The translations under genes were made by a program, and so were the position numbers. This document shows, piece by piece, positions 1 to 9,481 of a DNA stretch of 64,000 bases. The DNA lies in IMG/VR virus record IMGVR_UViG_3300020380_000001, positions 124,001 through 188,000 of that record; one strand, 5' to 3'. Under the pieces are notes generated by a model. The model made no database searches, had not been told where the DNA came from, and saw only the letters and a program-made list of their open reading frames with translations. Within the stretch, counting starts at the first letter, position 1, and the number at the start of each line of letters is the position of its first letter.

Positions 1-660
1 AATTACAAAGTCTGACAGTATTTTGTTGATGATAACGTCGTCATCATCTTCCGTTACTAACGCAAAGTCTGAACCAATGCTACTAATAGTAGCGCCTGGC
101 TCAATAACTGAAACATCACCTGCGTTAATAAAGCTAGGCGACATCTTGAACTCGTCCCATAGAACACTAACTGCGCCACTAAAGTCGGAAACCGTCTTTG
201 GTATTTTAAAGGCACGCCTAATGTACTCGTAATTATTGCATATAGAGAAAAACGTTAGCGCTATTGACGTGTCAATATCGAGTGGCGTTTCTCCCTCGCG
301 GTACTTGAGAATGATACATTCACCGTGTACTCGTCTTAAGTAGGTAGCCGGTACAGTGTCTTTACCGTTTACGTCGTCTACCCATACTGCGCCTGATACG
401 TCGGTGTCCCGTACGAACCTAGCAGTGTCTTCTACCACTCTAGATTGCGGTATAAAATTAGTTGTAGCGACTACGCACGTTTTCTGAGCGCCGTGCTCGA
501 CTACACTTTCTGTTATTTTGCGTGTGTCGGTCGCCCTTACCGTAACTATGTTGTCAGCTAGCTCTGGCATATGTTTTTGCCATTGTGCTTCAACTAAAGC
601 AGACCTTACATTGTCGCCTTTGGGCGACATGTCTAGTAACACTAAAACAACATTATTCAT
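1..660 (-). CDS. hypothetical protein, 3' end runs off the window
   Basis: ATG at 660, overlapping the stop of the 657-1001 ORF; frame stays open to base 1 (MNNVVLVLLDMSPKG...DDDVIINKILSDFVI); absent from the ORF track because it has no stop. Confidence 0.6.
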   Translation of the reverse strand, partial: MNNVVLVLLDMSPKGDNVRSALVEAQWQKHMPELADNIVTVRATDTRKITESVVEHGAQKTCVVATTNFIPQSRVVEDTARFVRDTDVSGAVWVDDVNGKDTVPATYLRRVHGECIILKYREGETPLDIDTSIALTFFSICNNYEYIRRAFKIPKTVSDFSGAVSVLWDEFKMSPSFINAGDVSVIEPGATISSIGSDFALVTEDDDDVIINKILSDFVI

Positions 661-1001
661 TTTTTATAAATATCCTCAACTGATTTGGACGATATTACGC
701 GGTTATAAGCCACGGTATATGCGTTAACAGCCTCACGCTCCTTAGCTATCAAACGCTTGAAGAAGTCTTCGGAATTATGTATCTCAACTGGACGCTGATG
801 ATCATCTAAAATAGTGTATGTTTTGTTGCCCAAGTCGTGCATGGCCTTCGCATAACAAATCAACTCCCTGGTAGCTGCGAAGCATCCGCTCCCGTAATAC
901 AACACACGATCGCGTTCTACTACTTTTTGTAGCTGACGAATTTGCTGATTGGCTGACTTCCGTAAATTGGCCTGTTTGAGTAATGTACCTAGCTTATCCA
1001 T
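657..1001 (-). CDS. hypothetical protein
   Basis: 114-aa ORF; TAAATA motif upstream at 1037-1042 (minus). Confidence 0.7.
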   Translation of the reverse strand: MDKLGTLLKQANLRKSANQQIRQLQKVVERDRVLYYGSGCFAATRELICYAKAMHDLGNKTYTILDDHQRPVEIHNSEDFFKRLIAKEREAVNAYTVAYNRVISSKSVEDIYKK

Positions 1002-1078
1002 ACCTTTAACCTCGTCTATATACTAAAGTATACTTTTATTTATTGTTCGCTAAATCACCTGCTTAAAACTTTTTGTGC

Positions 1079-1084
1079 TAAATA
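1079..1084 (+). promoter_or_regulatory. TAAATA late-promoter-like motif
   Basis: Same hexamer recurs a short distance upstream of many starts (9451, 14007, 26415 on +; 30331, 32710, 41975, 42758, 44022, 46149, 51892, 55293, 56282, 60765, 63674 on -); resembles T4 late promoter TATAAATA. Confidence 0.6.
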
Positions 1085-1115
1085 CCAATAAACCAAAATC
1101 GTGAGGTAATACAAA

Positions 1116-1682
1116 ATGGGTAGACCAGTTAAATCTACATACTTCGGAAAACCTACCGGCAAACAGGCACAGATTGCATATACCGTGTCTAATTCTGGTA
1201 AGATACAGCCAATCATTAAAGAAGCTGGCGAAGGCTATAATAGCAAATTTAAGCTAGAATTAAAAGCTAAAGATGAAGAAGGCGAAGACGTATTGGCAGA
1301 ACTTTCTGTTTCTGTTAAAGACGGCGCAGTGTCTGAAGTATCTGTAGCGCAAACAGGTGAGTTTCCTGCCAACAAGAAACACACTGCACTAGACGGTATC
1401 CCTGCACCTGTTTCTGGTGGCGGTGTTATTGTTGGCAAGGGCGTTATTGACGAAAAGATCGGCGTTGAGGATGTGTTCATCATCAAACAACGTGGCCAGC
1501 GCAAATATGCAATTGGCGCAGTAGCAGACGAAACCCGCACCGGAGTTGGTAGCCTTGTAGAAAAAGCTGAGTCACTTGGCGACTTTGAAGTATCTGCAGG
1601 TGACGCAAAAGTGCATACAATCCAACAGTATCAAGTAAAGACTTTCGGTGGTGAAATCAAACCAATTTCCGATATACTTTAA
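1116..1682 (+). CDS. putative virion structural protein
   Basis: 188-aa ORF, SD GAGG, TAAATA upstream, beta-rich composition; function inferred only. Confidence 0.55.
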   Translation: MGRPVKSTYFGKPTGKQAQIAYTVSNSGKIQPIIKEAGEGYNSKFKLELKAKDEEGEDVLAELSVSVKDGAVSEVSVAQTGEFPANKKHTALDGIPAPVSGGGVIVGKGVIDEKIGVEDVFIIKQRGQRKYAIGAVADETRTGVGSLVEKAESLGDFEVSAGDAKVHTIQQYQVKTFGGEIKPISDIL

Positions 1683-1711
1683 TTGACAAAGTTTGCAAGA
1701 TCTGTTATCGT
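1683..1711 (+). promoter_or_regulatory. sigma70-type promoter
   Basis: TTGACA-17 nt-TATCGT upstream of the 1745 ORF. Confidence 0.5.
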
Positions 1712-1744
1712 ATTGGTAATCATAATAACGATAATGGATCTTGC

Positions 1745-2032
1745 ATGGAAACCTTTATAGATGTTGTACTCCAAGCCTTAGTGGCACTCGCTGCTATTGG
1801 CGTCTCAGACGGCGCACGTAGGAAGATGTATGCCTGCGCACGTGACATAGAAACAGACGACCCCAAATTTAACGATGCGTATCGTGAGTTTCTAGACTAT
1901 AACAAAGGCATTGTGTCGCGTGACACACTTATCATATTCGTCGCTGCAATAGTCGCTATCCAATTTATTGGCATGGTGCCTACCTCTTGTGTTATTGTTG
2001 CTTGGTACATGTGGTTCACGAGAAACCTATGA
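1745..2032 (+). CDS. small membrane protein
   Basis: 95 aa with hydrophobic stretches at both ends. Confidence 0.7.
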   Translation: METFIDVVLQALVALAAIGVSDGARRKMYACARDIETDDPKFNDAYREFLDYNKGIVSRDTLIIFVAAIVAIQFIGMVPTSCVIVAWYMWFTRNL

Positions 2033-2334
2033 TTTCAAGACTACTAGAAGAACACGGCCTACTAAATCGCAACATAGGCGCAGCACGAACCATTAACGAC
2101 ATTCTTATCGAGTACAAGCGTAACCACAAGTATCGTGAACGTTTGCTTCATACTATCATGGCACATGATAAAGAATCAGATCACGAGGGTGATTACCTAA
2201 AAGGCTTGAAAGCTGCGCTTGCCATGCTTGACGGTTGTGACGATGTTGAAGCCCCTCCCAGTGATGCTGAGATTGAACACAATGCCGTGATGATAGGAAA
2301 TAAATTGCTGCCAACTAAGAAGCGCAATAAGTAA
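2029..2334 (+). CDS. hypothetical protein
   Basis: ATG at 2029 overlaps the previous stop (ATGA); 101 aa. Confidence 0.7.
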   Translation: MISRLLEEHGLLNRNIGAARTINDILIEYKRNHKYRERLLHTIMAHDKESDHEGDYLKGLKAALAMLDGCDDVEAPPSDAEIEHNAVMIGNKLLPTKKRNK

Positions 2335-2354
2335 AAACAAAAAGAGATTTATCA

Positions 2355-3617
2355 ATGACCGAAATCAAATTGTCAGATATTTCAATCGGGTTTATTGGCC
2401 TTGGCAAGTTAGGCTTACCGTGCGCTGAAGTATTTGCCCAGCATCATCCAGTTTATGGCTATGACGTAGTTGACTATAAATCAGCAACAATAAACAAGTG
2501 CGAAGACATTGAAACCGTAGTTAAGCAGAGTGACTATGTCTTTATCGCAGTACCAACACCGCATGCGCCCGGCTACGGCGGCGAAACACCGACTAGCCAC
2601 CTCAAACCAACTGACTTTGATTACAGCATTGTTGACAACGTAATTAAGGAAGCTGTCAAATATACAGCTGGTACTGATACTGTATTAGTACTCATTTCTA
2701 CTGTATTGCCTGGCACTATCAGTGAACGTTGGCAAGACGATTTAAAGGGTACTACTTTCATTTACAACCCGTACTTGATTGCCATGGGCACAGTGGCACA
2801 TGACATGGTTAATCCTGAAATGATTATGATAGGCACAGCTGACGGTGAAACAACCGAACAAGCTGAAGTCCTTGCTGCTATGTACAAGAACATGGCTGAA
2901 GTAGATAACCTGCGCATTGAATACGGTACTCATACTGAGATAGAAGCACTAAAGGTGTTCTACAATACGTGGATCACAATGAAAGTCACTCTTTGTAATA
3001 TGGTACAAGACGTGGCTAACGCTGCCGGCAACATGAATGTTGACGTAGTAACTGGTGCTCTAGCACGTTCTGATTTGCGCATTATGTCAGACAAGTATAT
3101 GACAGCTGGTATGGGCGATGGTGGCGGATGTCACCCTAGAGACAATATTGCACTAAGCCAAATGTCATCCAAGTACAACCTCGGTTACGATATGTTTGGC
3201 GCACTAATTAAAGCACGTGAAGAACAAGCGCGTAATATGGCTGAGTTTCTCATGCAATATGATATGCCTGTCGTAATTGTTGGTAAAGCGTACAAGCCAG
3301 CCGTGCCTTATTGCGAAGGTTCACCGTCACTGTTAGTGGGCCACTATCTGGAAGAAAAGGGTACTGAGCTGTATTACATAGACAGCTTAGCAAGCAGAAC
3401 ACAACCTAAGAACTTTCTCAATAAGAAGGTTGTTTACTTACTTGCACACTCGTACGACGTGACGTATCACAAACAAAAGGCCGCAACAGAAGACTCTGCC
3501 CAAGTGCTGTATATATCACCGGGATCAGTTGTAGTTGATCCTTGGCGCAAATTCAAGTCAATTGACGATCGCGTAACAGTAGTTCACTATGGAGACACTC
3601 GTGGCAAATCACTATGA
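2355..3617 (+). CDS. ugd: UDP-glucose/GDP-mannose dehydrogenase family protein
   Basis: Rossmann IGFIGLGKLG, FIAVPTP, LISTVLPG, YNPYLI, KVFYNTW (catalytic Lys), GGGCHPRD (catalytic Cys). Confidence 0.92.
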   Translation: MTEIKLSDISIGFIGLGKLGLPCAEVFAQHHPVYGYDVVDYKSATINKCEDIETVVKQSDYVFIAVPTPHAPGYGGETPTSHLKPTDFDYSIVDNVIKEAVKYTAGTDTVLVLISTVLPGTISERWQDDLKGTTFIYNPYLIAMGTVAHDMVNPEMIMIGTADGETTEQAEVLAAMYKNMAEVDNLRIEYGTHTEIEALKVFYNTWITMKVTLCNMVQDVANAAGNMNVDVVTGALARSDLRIMSDKYMTAGMGDGGGCHPRDNIALSQMSSKYNLGYDMFGALIKAREEQARNMAEFLMQYDMPVVIVGKAYKPAVPYCEGSPSLLVGHYLEEKGTELYYIDSLASRTQPKNFLNKKVVYLLAHSYDVTYHKQKAATEDSAQVLYISPGSVVVDPWRKFKSIDDRVTVVHYGDTRGKSL

Positions 3618-4659
3618 TTTCAAATATGCGGTTGACATTGAGTCAGTCGGCCTTGACTACTGGCGCTGGCTTAACAGCTATAAGAACACGCCTGGACTAA
3701 TCAGTGAGATAAGAGGCTTTCACCGCGCCCGTAGGCCATTTAATATTGTGTGTCCGTACGAAGCGTATGTTGGTATAGACAACCAATACAATTCGTTGCT
3801 TGAAGCAGTAAACGGTGACGCTGACTATATTAAAAACTACGTAACGGTTATTGCTGGGTCTGAACCCCGCAAGAATGCAGAGCGCTATAAACGAGTCGTT
3901 TACGGATCTTTTATCTTTGATTGGATGCAACATGATCCATACAGTGTGCCTGCATATAACGATAAGATACCCGAGCATGACTTCTTGTCGTTTAATCGCA
4001 TTATACGGCCGCACCGTTTGATGTTGATTGCTGCACTTGCGCATATAGGCCTACTCGACAAGAACTTAGTGAGTTACACACTAGCTCAGTTAGAACACTT
4101 TCCTAAGTTTGCATTAGACGGTGTTGCGTGCGTGCCAGATGAACGCGCCAAAAAGATAACAGAAATATTGGCTGAGTTACCTACTGAGCAAAAAGCTGAC
4201 CCGATTACGTGGGATTCTAATTTGTCAGTAATGACAGCGCCAAGTGATCTTTACGAAAATGCCTTTTATAGTCTTGTAACGGAAACCGCATTCTTTGAAG
4301 ATGATCCGTTCTTGACTGAAAAGATCATTAAGCCGCTGACATACGGGCATCCGTTCATTACATTAGCGCCTAAGAACACCCTGTCGCTTCTACAAGCGTA
4401 CGGCTTTAAAACCTACTCAAGTATATTCGATGAATCATACGACACTGTAGACGAAGGCTACGTGCGATTTAGACGCGTGATAAAGGAAGTTGTCCGTATT
4501 GCTAACTTGACACAAGAAGATAAGGCGCATTTGTTCGCGAGTGCACGTGAAATAGGTGAACATAACAGTGCCCACTTTAAAAAGAATGTCAAACAGATAA
4601 TTGAAATGTCTAGTAACATTAATGAGCACTTGGATATCAAGAACAAAGTCTTGCGTTAG
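3589..4659 (+). CDS. putative glycosyltransferase (GT10/fucosyltransferase-like C-terminal motif)
   Basis: YSLVTET...FLTEKIIKP...GHPFI...GFKTYSSIFDESYD resembles the nucleotide-sugar-binding E...Y/FxTEK motif; translationally coupled to ugd. Confidence 0.5.
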   Translation: METLVANHYDFKYAVDIESVGLDYWRWLNSYKNTPGLISEIRGFHRARRPFNIVCPYEAYVGIDNQYNSLLEAVNGDADYIKNYVTVIAGSEPRKNAERYKRVVYGSFIFDWMQHDPYSVPAYNDKIPEHDFLSFNRIIRPHRLMLIAALAHIGLLDKNLVSYTLAQLEHFPKFALDGVACVPDERAKKITEILAELPTEQKADPITWDSNLSVMTAPSDLYENAFYSLVTETAFFEDDPFLTEKIIKPLTYGHPFITLAPKNTLSLLQAYGFKTYSSIFDESYDTVDEGYVRFRRVIKEVVRIANLTQEDKAHLFASAREIGEHNSAHFKKNVKQIIEMSSNINEHLDIKNKVLR

Positions 4660-4703
4660 TGAATGAAGCGTGTTTTAATGTCGTAATACATTAGGGAGAT
4701 AGT

Positions 4704-5519
4704 ATGAAGATTTTATCTAAGTTTTATGATTATTACGACAGTTGCCTCGCAGCTGGTGTAGACACTACTGTTATCTTCAAACGCGAGCAGGAAACAAGTG
4801 ACTACCGTGATATTCTTGACGAATATTATCAGTACAAGACTGCTCGCGAACAGTTTTTCAGTAAGGATAAAAAGCCGCACGTGGTTAGCCGTTACGCTAC
4901 CCGCCTCAAGCACAACAAGAAGCTGATTCTCAGAACCGGTGTTGTTGGCTTTTGTGGTGAGTTTTATCCCTACGCTTATGCTAACATCATGGACTATTTC
5001 GATCACGACTACGAAACCGGCGAGTACTTTTATTCGTACGATGAGTTGGTTGAATATATACGTGGTTATTTCCCTGATTATATACAGCGCGTCAAGGGTA
5101 TTGACATAATAGACATTCCGAACGAGATTCATCGTTACCAAGCTGACGATTTACATAATCACTTCATCGGCAAATACACCAAGCTTGAATCGTTGTTCAG
5201 GGATCGTAATGTGGCGTACTTTGATATATCGCCTAGTCAATCGTTCCATTACGGTGTCGGGTTCGTTAAGTATCCTGAACTTAAGAAACTTAACTTCGCA
5301 CGCGTAGTTGACCCGTTTACTGCGTTCCAAAAAATTGAGCAGTTTATTACTGGCGTGCTAGGTGTAGGCGAGCCCGAAACTGTAGAGATAGGTGACACGT
5401 ACAAACGCGACGCAAAAGGCTTTGATGAGTGGAGTTTCAAAAACCAGCCGCCTATGCCCGGCAAAAGTCGCAAAATACGCAAACAAAAACGTAAACTAAA
5501 AGGCCGCACTGATGGGTGA
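4704..5519 (+). CDS. hypothetical protein
   Basis: 271-aa ORF with SD GGGAG. Confidence 0.8.
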   Translation: MKILSKFYDYYDSCLAAGVDTTVIFKREQETSDYRDILDEYYQYKTAREQFFSKDKKPHVVSRYATRLKHNKKLILRTGVVGFCGEFYPYAYANIMDYFDHDYETGEYFYSYDELVEYIRGYFPDYIQRVKGIDIIDIPNEIHRYQADDLHNHFIGKYTKLESLFRDRNVAYFDISPSQSFHYGVGFVKYPELKKLNFARVVDPFTAFQKIEQFITGVLGVGEPETVEIGDTYKRDAKGFDEWSFKNQPPMPGKSRKIRKQKRKLKGRTDG

Positions 5520-5889
5520 TTTGATTTACGATTATGAATTAGGGAAAGCCTGGGCAAAATGCTACCTGGCTTCCTACTACGGATGGTCTGACCGCAGCAC
5601 TGGTGACGACAAAGAGTTGTTTTTAATTTACAATGCTTTCCGTTCATCAAGGGTAGTGTCTGTTAGGTTCTCACACGTCGATTGCCCGGATAACCGCGAT
5701 AAGGCTAAAAGTCTTGTATTACACTTAGGCCCGAGAACTGAAGACTTAATAGAAGCCTTGCAGATAGAAATATTGCAGTGCCGCTGGCCGCGATCCGGTA
5801 TTACCGGTGTAATCAAAATGATAAAGGCAGAATATGATAAACAATGTAGCACTGAGGCCTGTGCGAGTCATAGTAGAGACGACGAATGA
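5512..5889 (+). CDS. hypothetical protein
   Basis: 125-aa ORF coupled to the previous gene. Confidence 0.7.
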   Translation: MGDLIYDYELGKAWAKCYLASYYGWSDRSTGDDKELFLIYNAFRSSRVVSVRFSHVDCPDNRDKAKSLVLHLGPRTEDLIEALQIEILQCRWPRSGITGVIKMIKAEYDKQCSTEACASHSRDDE

Positions 5890-6271
5890 TTCTTTTTGTA
5901 TCGATGCCTATGTCATTTACGAGGAAGGCGCTGAGACGTTAGCTCTAAGGATTGATCGTGTTGAAGAGCGTGCGCTATTCGAGGAAGTTGCACTGTCTGT
6001 CGAGTTAAGTGGTAACACCTCCTCGCTACTATATGTCGTGAACCACTCCGCCACTTATTTCGGGGAGGATTTTGAGTTGTGGTGTAGTGCCCCGGCCTCT
6101 CCTGAACACTTCAGATATGCATCTCGCGGAATGCGACTGGAACATATGTTAATGAAAGCTGGACTAAAAAACCAATTCAATAACGGTATAATATTGTTTG
6201 AAAACTGGCGCACTCCGGAAGAGCGCGACGAGGCAGTGACTCTTTTAAAATTACAGCACGGTGGCGTATAA
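5834..6271 (+). CDS. hypothetical protein
   Basis: 145-aa ORF; start uncertain. Confidence 0.65.
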   Translation: MINNVALRPVRVIVETTNDSFCIDAYVIYEEGAETLALRIDRVEERALFEEVALSVELSGNTSSLLYVVNHSATYFGEDFELWCSAPASPEHFRYASRGMRLEHMLMKAGLKNQFNNGIILFENWRTPEERDEAVTLLKLQHGGV

Positions 6272-6306
6272 AGTCTTGCGCTTAAACGACAGGCGTGCTG
6301 TAATTA

Positions 6307-7080
6307 TTACCAATGTTTCCAGAACTGCCACCAGGGCGCTTTTTTCTTATCCGGTACACTGTCGGATGGTTCAGAGGGAGCGGGTTTTTCTGGTTCATCG
6401 TCTTGTGGCGGTTGTGTTTGCTCGACTATCTTCTCCTTGAAAACGATACTATCGCTTTCTTGGTCGACTGCACGATCGCCACAAACCTCAACCCCGCCCC
6501 AACCGTCGTCTTTATACAAGTCTTGTAAACTGAATATAATCTTACGTGGATAATGACGGTTTTCTTCCTTAGCCCAATCAGCACGCGCACTGACATCCTC
6601 AACTGAGTTCCAGTATTGATCCCTGCTGCCGCCTTGTTGTTCTACTAAGTTTTTCTCACGGAATATCCACCCAGCCCCGCCGTTATACGCTGCGAGACTA
6701 AAGCCGTAATCGTTGCACTCGTCTATGGCAGAAATGCGTTTCTTCAAGTCACCCATGTAAAGCGCTTGTGCCTTTATAGCCCATTTAGGGTTCATCACAT
6801 CACCATCGTCTAACTCAGGAAACTTGTTGTTGACATAGTCGCGGGTATCGTCGGTGAACTGTGATAGTCCACATGCATATGGCGAGCATACATCAGGACG
6901 CCATGTGCTTTCCTGGTGTATTTGCCCTGCCAGCATACTAACAGGCGCGTCTAAGCCAAAGACGTATTGTGCTTCGGCTATCACAGAACGCTTATAACGG
7001 TAGGCGTTATCTGGTATTGACTGTGCGTTTACTGCAAAGCACAGCACCGCCAGCGCACTAAATGCCCAGCGATACACCAA
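6307..7080 (-). CDS. soluble lytic transglycosylase (SLT) endolysin
   Basis: N-terminal signal-like segment, QIHQES (catalytic Glu), GLSQF, AAYNGG motifs; Pro/acidic C-terminal extension. Confidence 0.88.
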   Translation of the reverse strand: MVYRWAFSALAVLCFAVNAQSIPDNAYRYKRSVIAEAQYVFGLDAPVSMLAGQIHQESTWRPDVCSPYACGLSQFTDDTRDYVNNKFPELDDGDVMNPKWAIKAQALYMGDLKKRISAIDECNDYGFSLAAYNGGAGWIFREKNLVEQQGGSRDQYWNSVEDVSARADWAKEENRHYPRKIIFSLQDLYKDDGWGGVEVCGDRAVDQESDSIVFKEKIVEQTQPPQDDEPEKPAPSEPSDSVPDKKKAPWWQFWKHW

Positions 7081-7414
7081 GTATTACCCCCACAATAATA
7101 ATAGCTCTACGGATCATAGCAGAGCCCGCAAGCTTGCTGAATGTCGCGTGTTTCTCTGTATCAATAGACTCGCGCATATCGGCAGCGATGTTATGTGGCC
7201 TAAAGTTAGGGAACAACATCAAGTCAATACCGTAGCCCAAGACCGCTGCTATCGACACAAGTGATAATTTATAAAGAACTAAAGGTACTTTGACCGGGCT
7301 TAGTAATCCTATGGTTACTAATAATAGTAAAGTTACGACGATGAAAGTTATCCGTCCTTGGTAAACTGGTCTCATTATGTTATGCTCCTTTAAAAGACTA
7401 TAATATTTAGTCAC
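7058..7414 (-). CDS. putative 2/3-TM holin
   Basis: Multiple TM segments, C-terminal RRAIIIVGVILGVSLGI typical of the 2/3-TM holin family, directly upstream of the SLT; likely start 7375. Confidence 0.75.
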   Translation of the reverse strand: MTKYYSLLKEHNIMRPVYQGRITFIVVTLLLLVTIGLLSPVKVPLVLYKLSLVSIAAVLGYGIDLMLFPNFRPHNIAADMRESIDTEKHATFSKLAGSAMIRRAIIIVGVILGVSLGI

Positions 7415-7477
7415 ATGTGGTTCTTAATATGACACGCTTGGTGTGTCACGCACTAAGTAACCATAAAAGAGGTAATT

Positions 7478-7756
7478 ATGAAACAATTAGGAAGACTTGA
7501 CCAATGGTTTCGTGTCGGTGTAGACGGACCGGGCAAATCAGTTATATTCGGTATAATTAGCGGTAGTGATGTTGCGGAAGACGGTGTGAGTTACTGTACC
7601 GGCGCTATACATATCCTTGATCACACAAAGGATATAGCAATAACAGCTGAAGGCCATTTTGCACTTGGCGACAAGAACAATGACGAGGCGATTCTTGATG
7701 AGATACTCAAGAGTTTTAACATTTATGAACACAAGGATTCACTGAGTTACTTATGA
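7478..7756 (+). CDS. hypothetical protein
   Basis: 92-aa ORF, SD GAGG. Confidence 0.75.
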   Translation: MKQLGRLDQWFRVGVDGPGKSVIFGIISGSDVAEDGVSYCTGAIHILDHTKDIAITAEGHFALGDKNNDEAILDEILKSFNIYEHKDSLSYL

Positions 7757-8109
7757 ACTTGGAACCAAGCAACGCTCGTATAGTTTTAGAAGATTTAACG
7801 CCTCCGCTATTGTTTGGCTACGCATGGGGATTCTTCGGTTTATATGTCGAGATGACTTTCGGTCCGTTTCTCACCGGCATACTTGTCACGATACTCGGGT
7901 GCATCGGGCTAGCAAAGTATAGACGATCATTACGCAAGCACTTGAAGCAACTGCGCGACATGTCTAATATTGCGAGAAAGTGCCACGGCAATACATCACT
8001 CACATATTCAATCGACGACGGGCAGTATTACCTACACTCGCAAGAGTACGGCACGATATGGTTTGCTGACGGCGATGGGCAGGGCTTCTCTGTTTATAAC
8101 CGTTTATAA
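7753..8109 (+). CDS. membrane protein
   Basis: Two hydrophobic segments; coupled start. Confidence 0.7.
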   Translation: MNLEPSNARIVLEDLTPPLLFGYAWGFFGLYVEMTFGPFLTGILVTILGCIGLAKYRRSLRKHLKQLRDMSNIARKCHGNTSLTYSIDDGQYYLHSQEYGTIWFADGDGQGFSVYNRL

Positions 8110-8179
8110 AGTTTTCCATCTTGAACATTGACTTGGTAAAAACCGGTGTTATTATGCGGGTTTTACTGGAGGGAATAAG

Positions 8180-8650
8180 ATGGAAAAGGCTAAGGCACTA
8201 TTCAAAATTAAAGATCGCAATCTGATAGCCGATCTGGATGATACTGTTAAACGCTTTGTAACGCGCAAACAAGATGTCAATATTGATGTGACTTGCTGCG
8301 AAGAGGTGGAAAGCATTAAAAAGAAGCTTAAGCCATACCTTCCAGCAAGCGCACTTCGTTCACTTTACATGTACAGTCCAATGGATCTGTCTCAGGGCGT
8401 AATAATGCATGAAGACTGTGAGTTCGTCGAAAGTACACATCTAAAACCAAACGCGTATGTCATTGTTACACATGCAAGTGACGCACCATCAGCTGGGCCG
8501 GACAGTCCGTCGAGTCAACTAATCATTAATTCTGGCAGGCAGCTCTGTGAACTATCAGAAGGCCTCGCATTCAGGTTCAACGCAACAAAGCAACACGGAC
8601 TAATCAACAATTCTACCTTACGTATGCTGGTCCTGTGGTTCGCTAAATAA
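8180..8650 (+). CDS. putative 2OG-Fe(II) oxygenase/cupin-like protein
   Basis: HxD (MHED) and distal His (KQHGL) followed by R (LRML); SD GGAGG; sigma70 promoter at about 8129-8156. Confidence 0.45.
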   Translation: MEKAKALFKIKDRNLIADLDDTVKRFVTRKQDVNIDVTCCEEVESIKKKLKPYLPASALRSLYMYSPMDLSQGVIMHEDCEFVESTHLKPNAYVIVTHASDAPSAGPDSPSSQLIINSGRQLCELSEGLAFRFNATKQHGLINNSTLRMLVLWFAK

Positions 8651-8676
8651 TCACTAAAGCAGTAAGGTTTGAGTAT

Positions 8677-8925
8677 ATGTCACAATGTTGGATCAAGTCA
8701 TCTAATATCACAAAAGCACTCCATAATTTAAACTGGTTTAGAAACACTGGTAAAGTGCCCGTAATAGCCTGGGCAATTGATATGCCACTCGGCTGCCGTC
8801 ATGTATTAATATATGAAGAAGGCAGTGACAAAATTAGAAAAGATCCGCACCGCGCCACCCATAGATTTGAATTTGTGTCTGAAGATGAATTCAGAGATAT
8901 TGTTGAAGAAAAGTTGCTGTCCTAA
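8677..8925 (+). CDS. hypothetical protein
   Basis: 82-aa ORF. Confidence 0.65.
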   Translation: MSQCWIKSSNITKALHNLNWFRNTGKVPVIAWAIDMPLGCRHVLIYEEGSDKIRKDPHRATHRFEFVSEDEFRDIVEEKLLS

Positions 8926-8969
8926 AATTCAGGTGTTATAGTTTGTTTAACCACAAAAAGGATAATACT

Positions 8970-9098
8970 ATGAAAACTATATTACAATGGCTTGAGAGTC
9001 TATCACCCTTTGCTTATATTGTATTACTGGCGATATTGGCGGCTATCGGCTTGACAATCGGTAACCTTATTGCGTTATTTATGACATCAGGGGTTTGA
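8970..9098 (+). CDS. small membrane peptide (42 aa)
   Basis: MKTILQWLESLSPFAYIVLLAILAAIGLTIGNLIALFMTSGV, SD AAGGA; below ORF-track cutoff. Confidence 0.55.
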   Translation: MKTILQWLESLSPFAYIVLLAILAAIGLTIGNLIALFMTSGV

Positions 9099-9418
9099 AT
9101 ATGGAACCGGCTGTTATAAAAGTACTGATAAGCACCGCTGGCCTATTTGTAGGCTTTGTGTTGGCTATGTCTGCGCACCTTTGGCTCCCTAGGCTGTTTA
9201 GGGCTATACTCAAACGAATGCCTCTCGCCCCTGCTAAAAACACAGTAGTTGGTGATACGCCAGATCAACGTGTACGAGAGTTTATTTGTAGAATTGACGG
9301 GTGTATAACCGTTGGGTCATACTACGGTATGGCACAGGCAACCTGTAGACGATGTGGGCATAAAAACGCTTGCGCTGGTACACACGTTCCTGAATGGCGC
9401 GACCCGACACTGGAGTGA
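9095..9418 (+). CDS. membrane-anchored protein with Cys-rich C-terminus
   Basis: N-terminal TM; CxxxxC...CxxC motif. Confidence 0.65.
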   Translation: MNMEPAVIKVLISTAGLFVGFVLAMSAHLWLPRLFRAILKRMPLAPAKNTVVGDTPDQRVREFICRIDGCITVGSYYGMAQATCRRCGHKNACAGTHVPEWRDPTLE

Positions 9419-9481
9419 TTAAAAAATACTAATCCTCACCCTGCTCGTACTAAATATCACTAAAAATAGTATGAGTATCAC

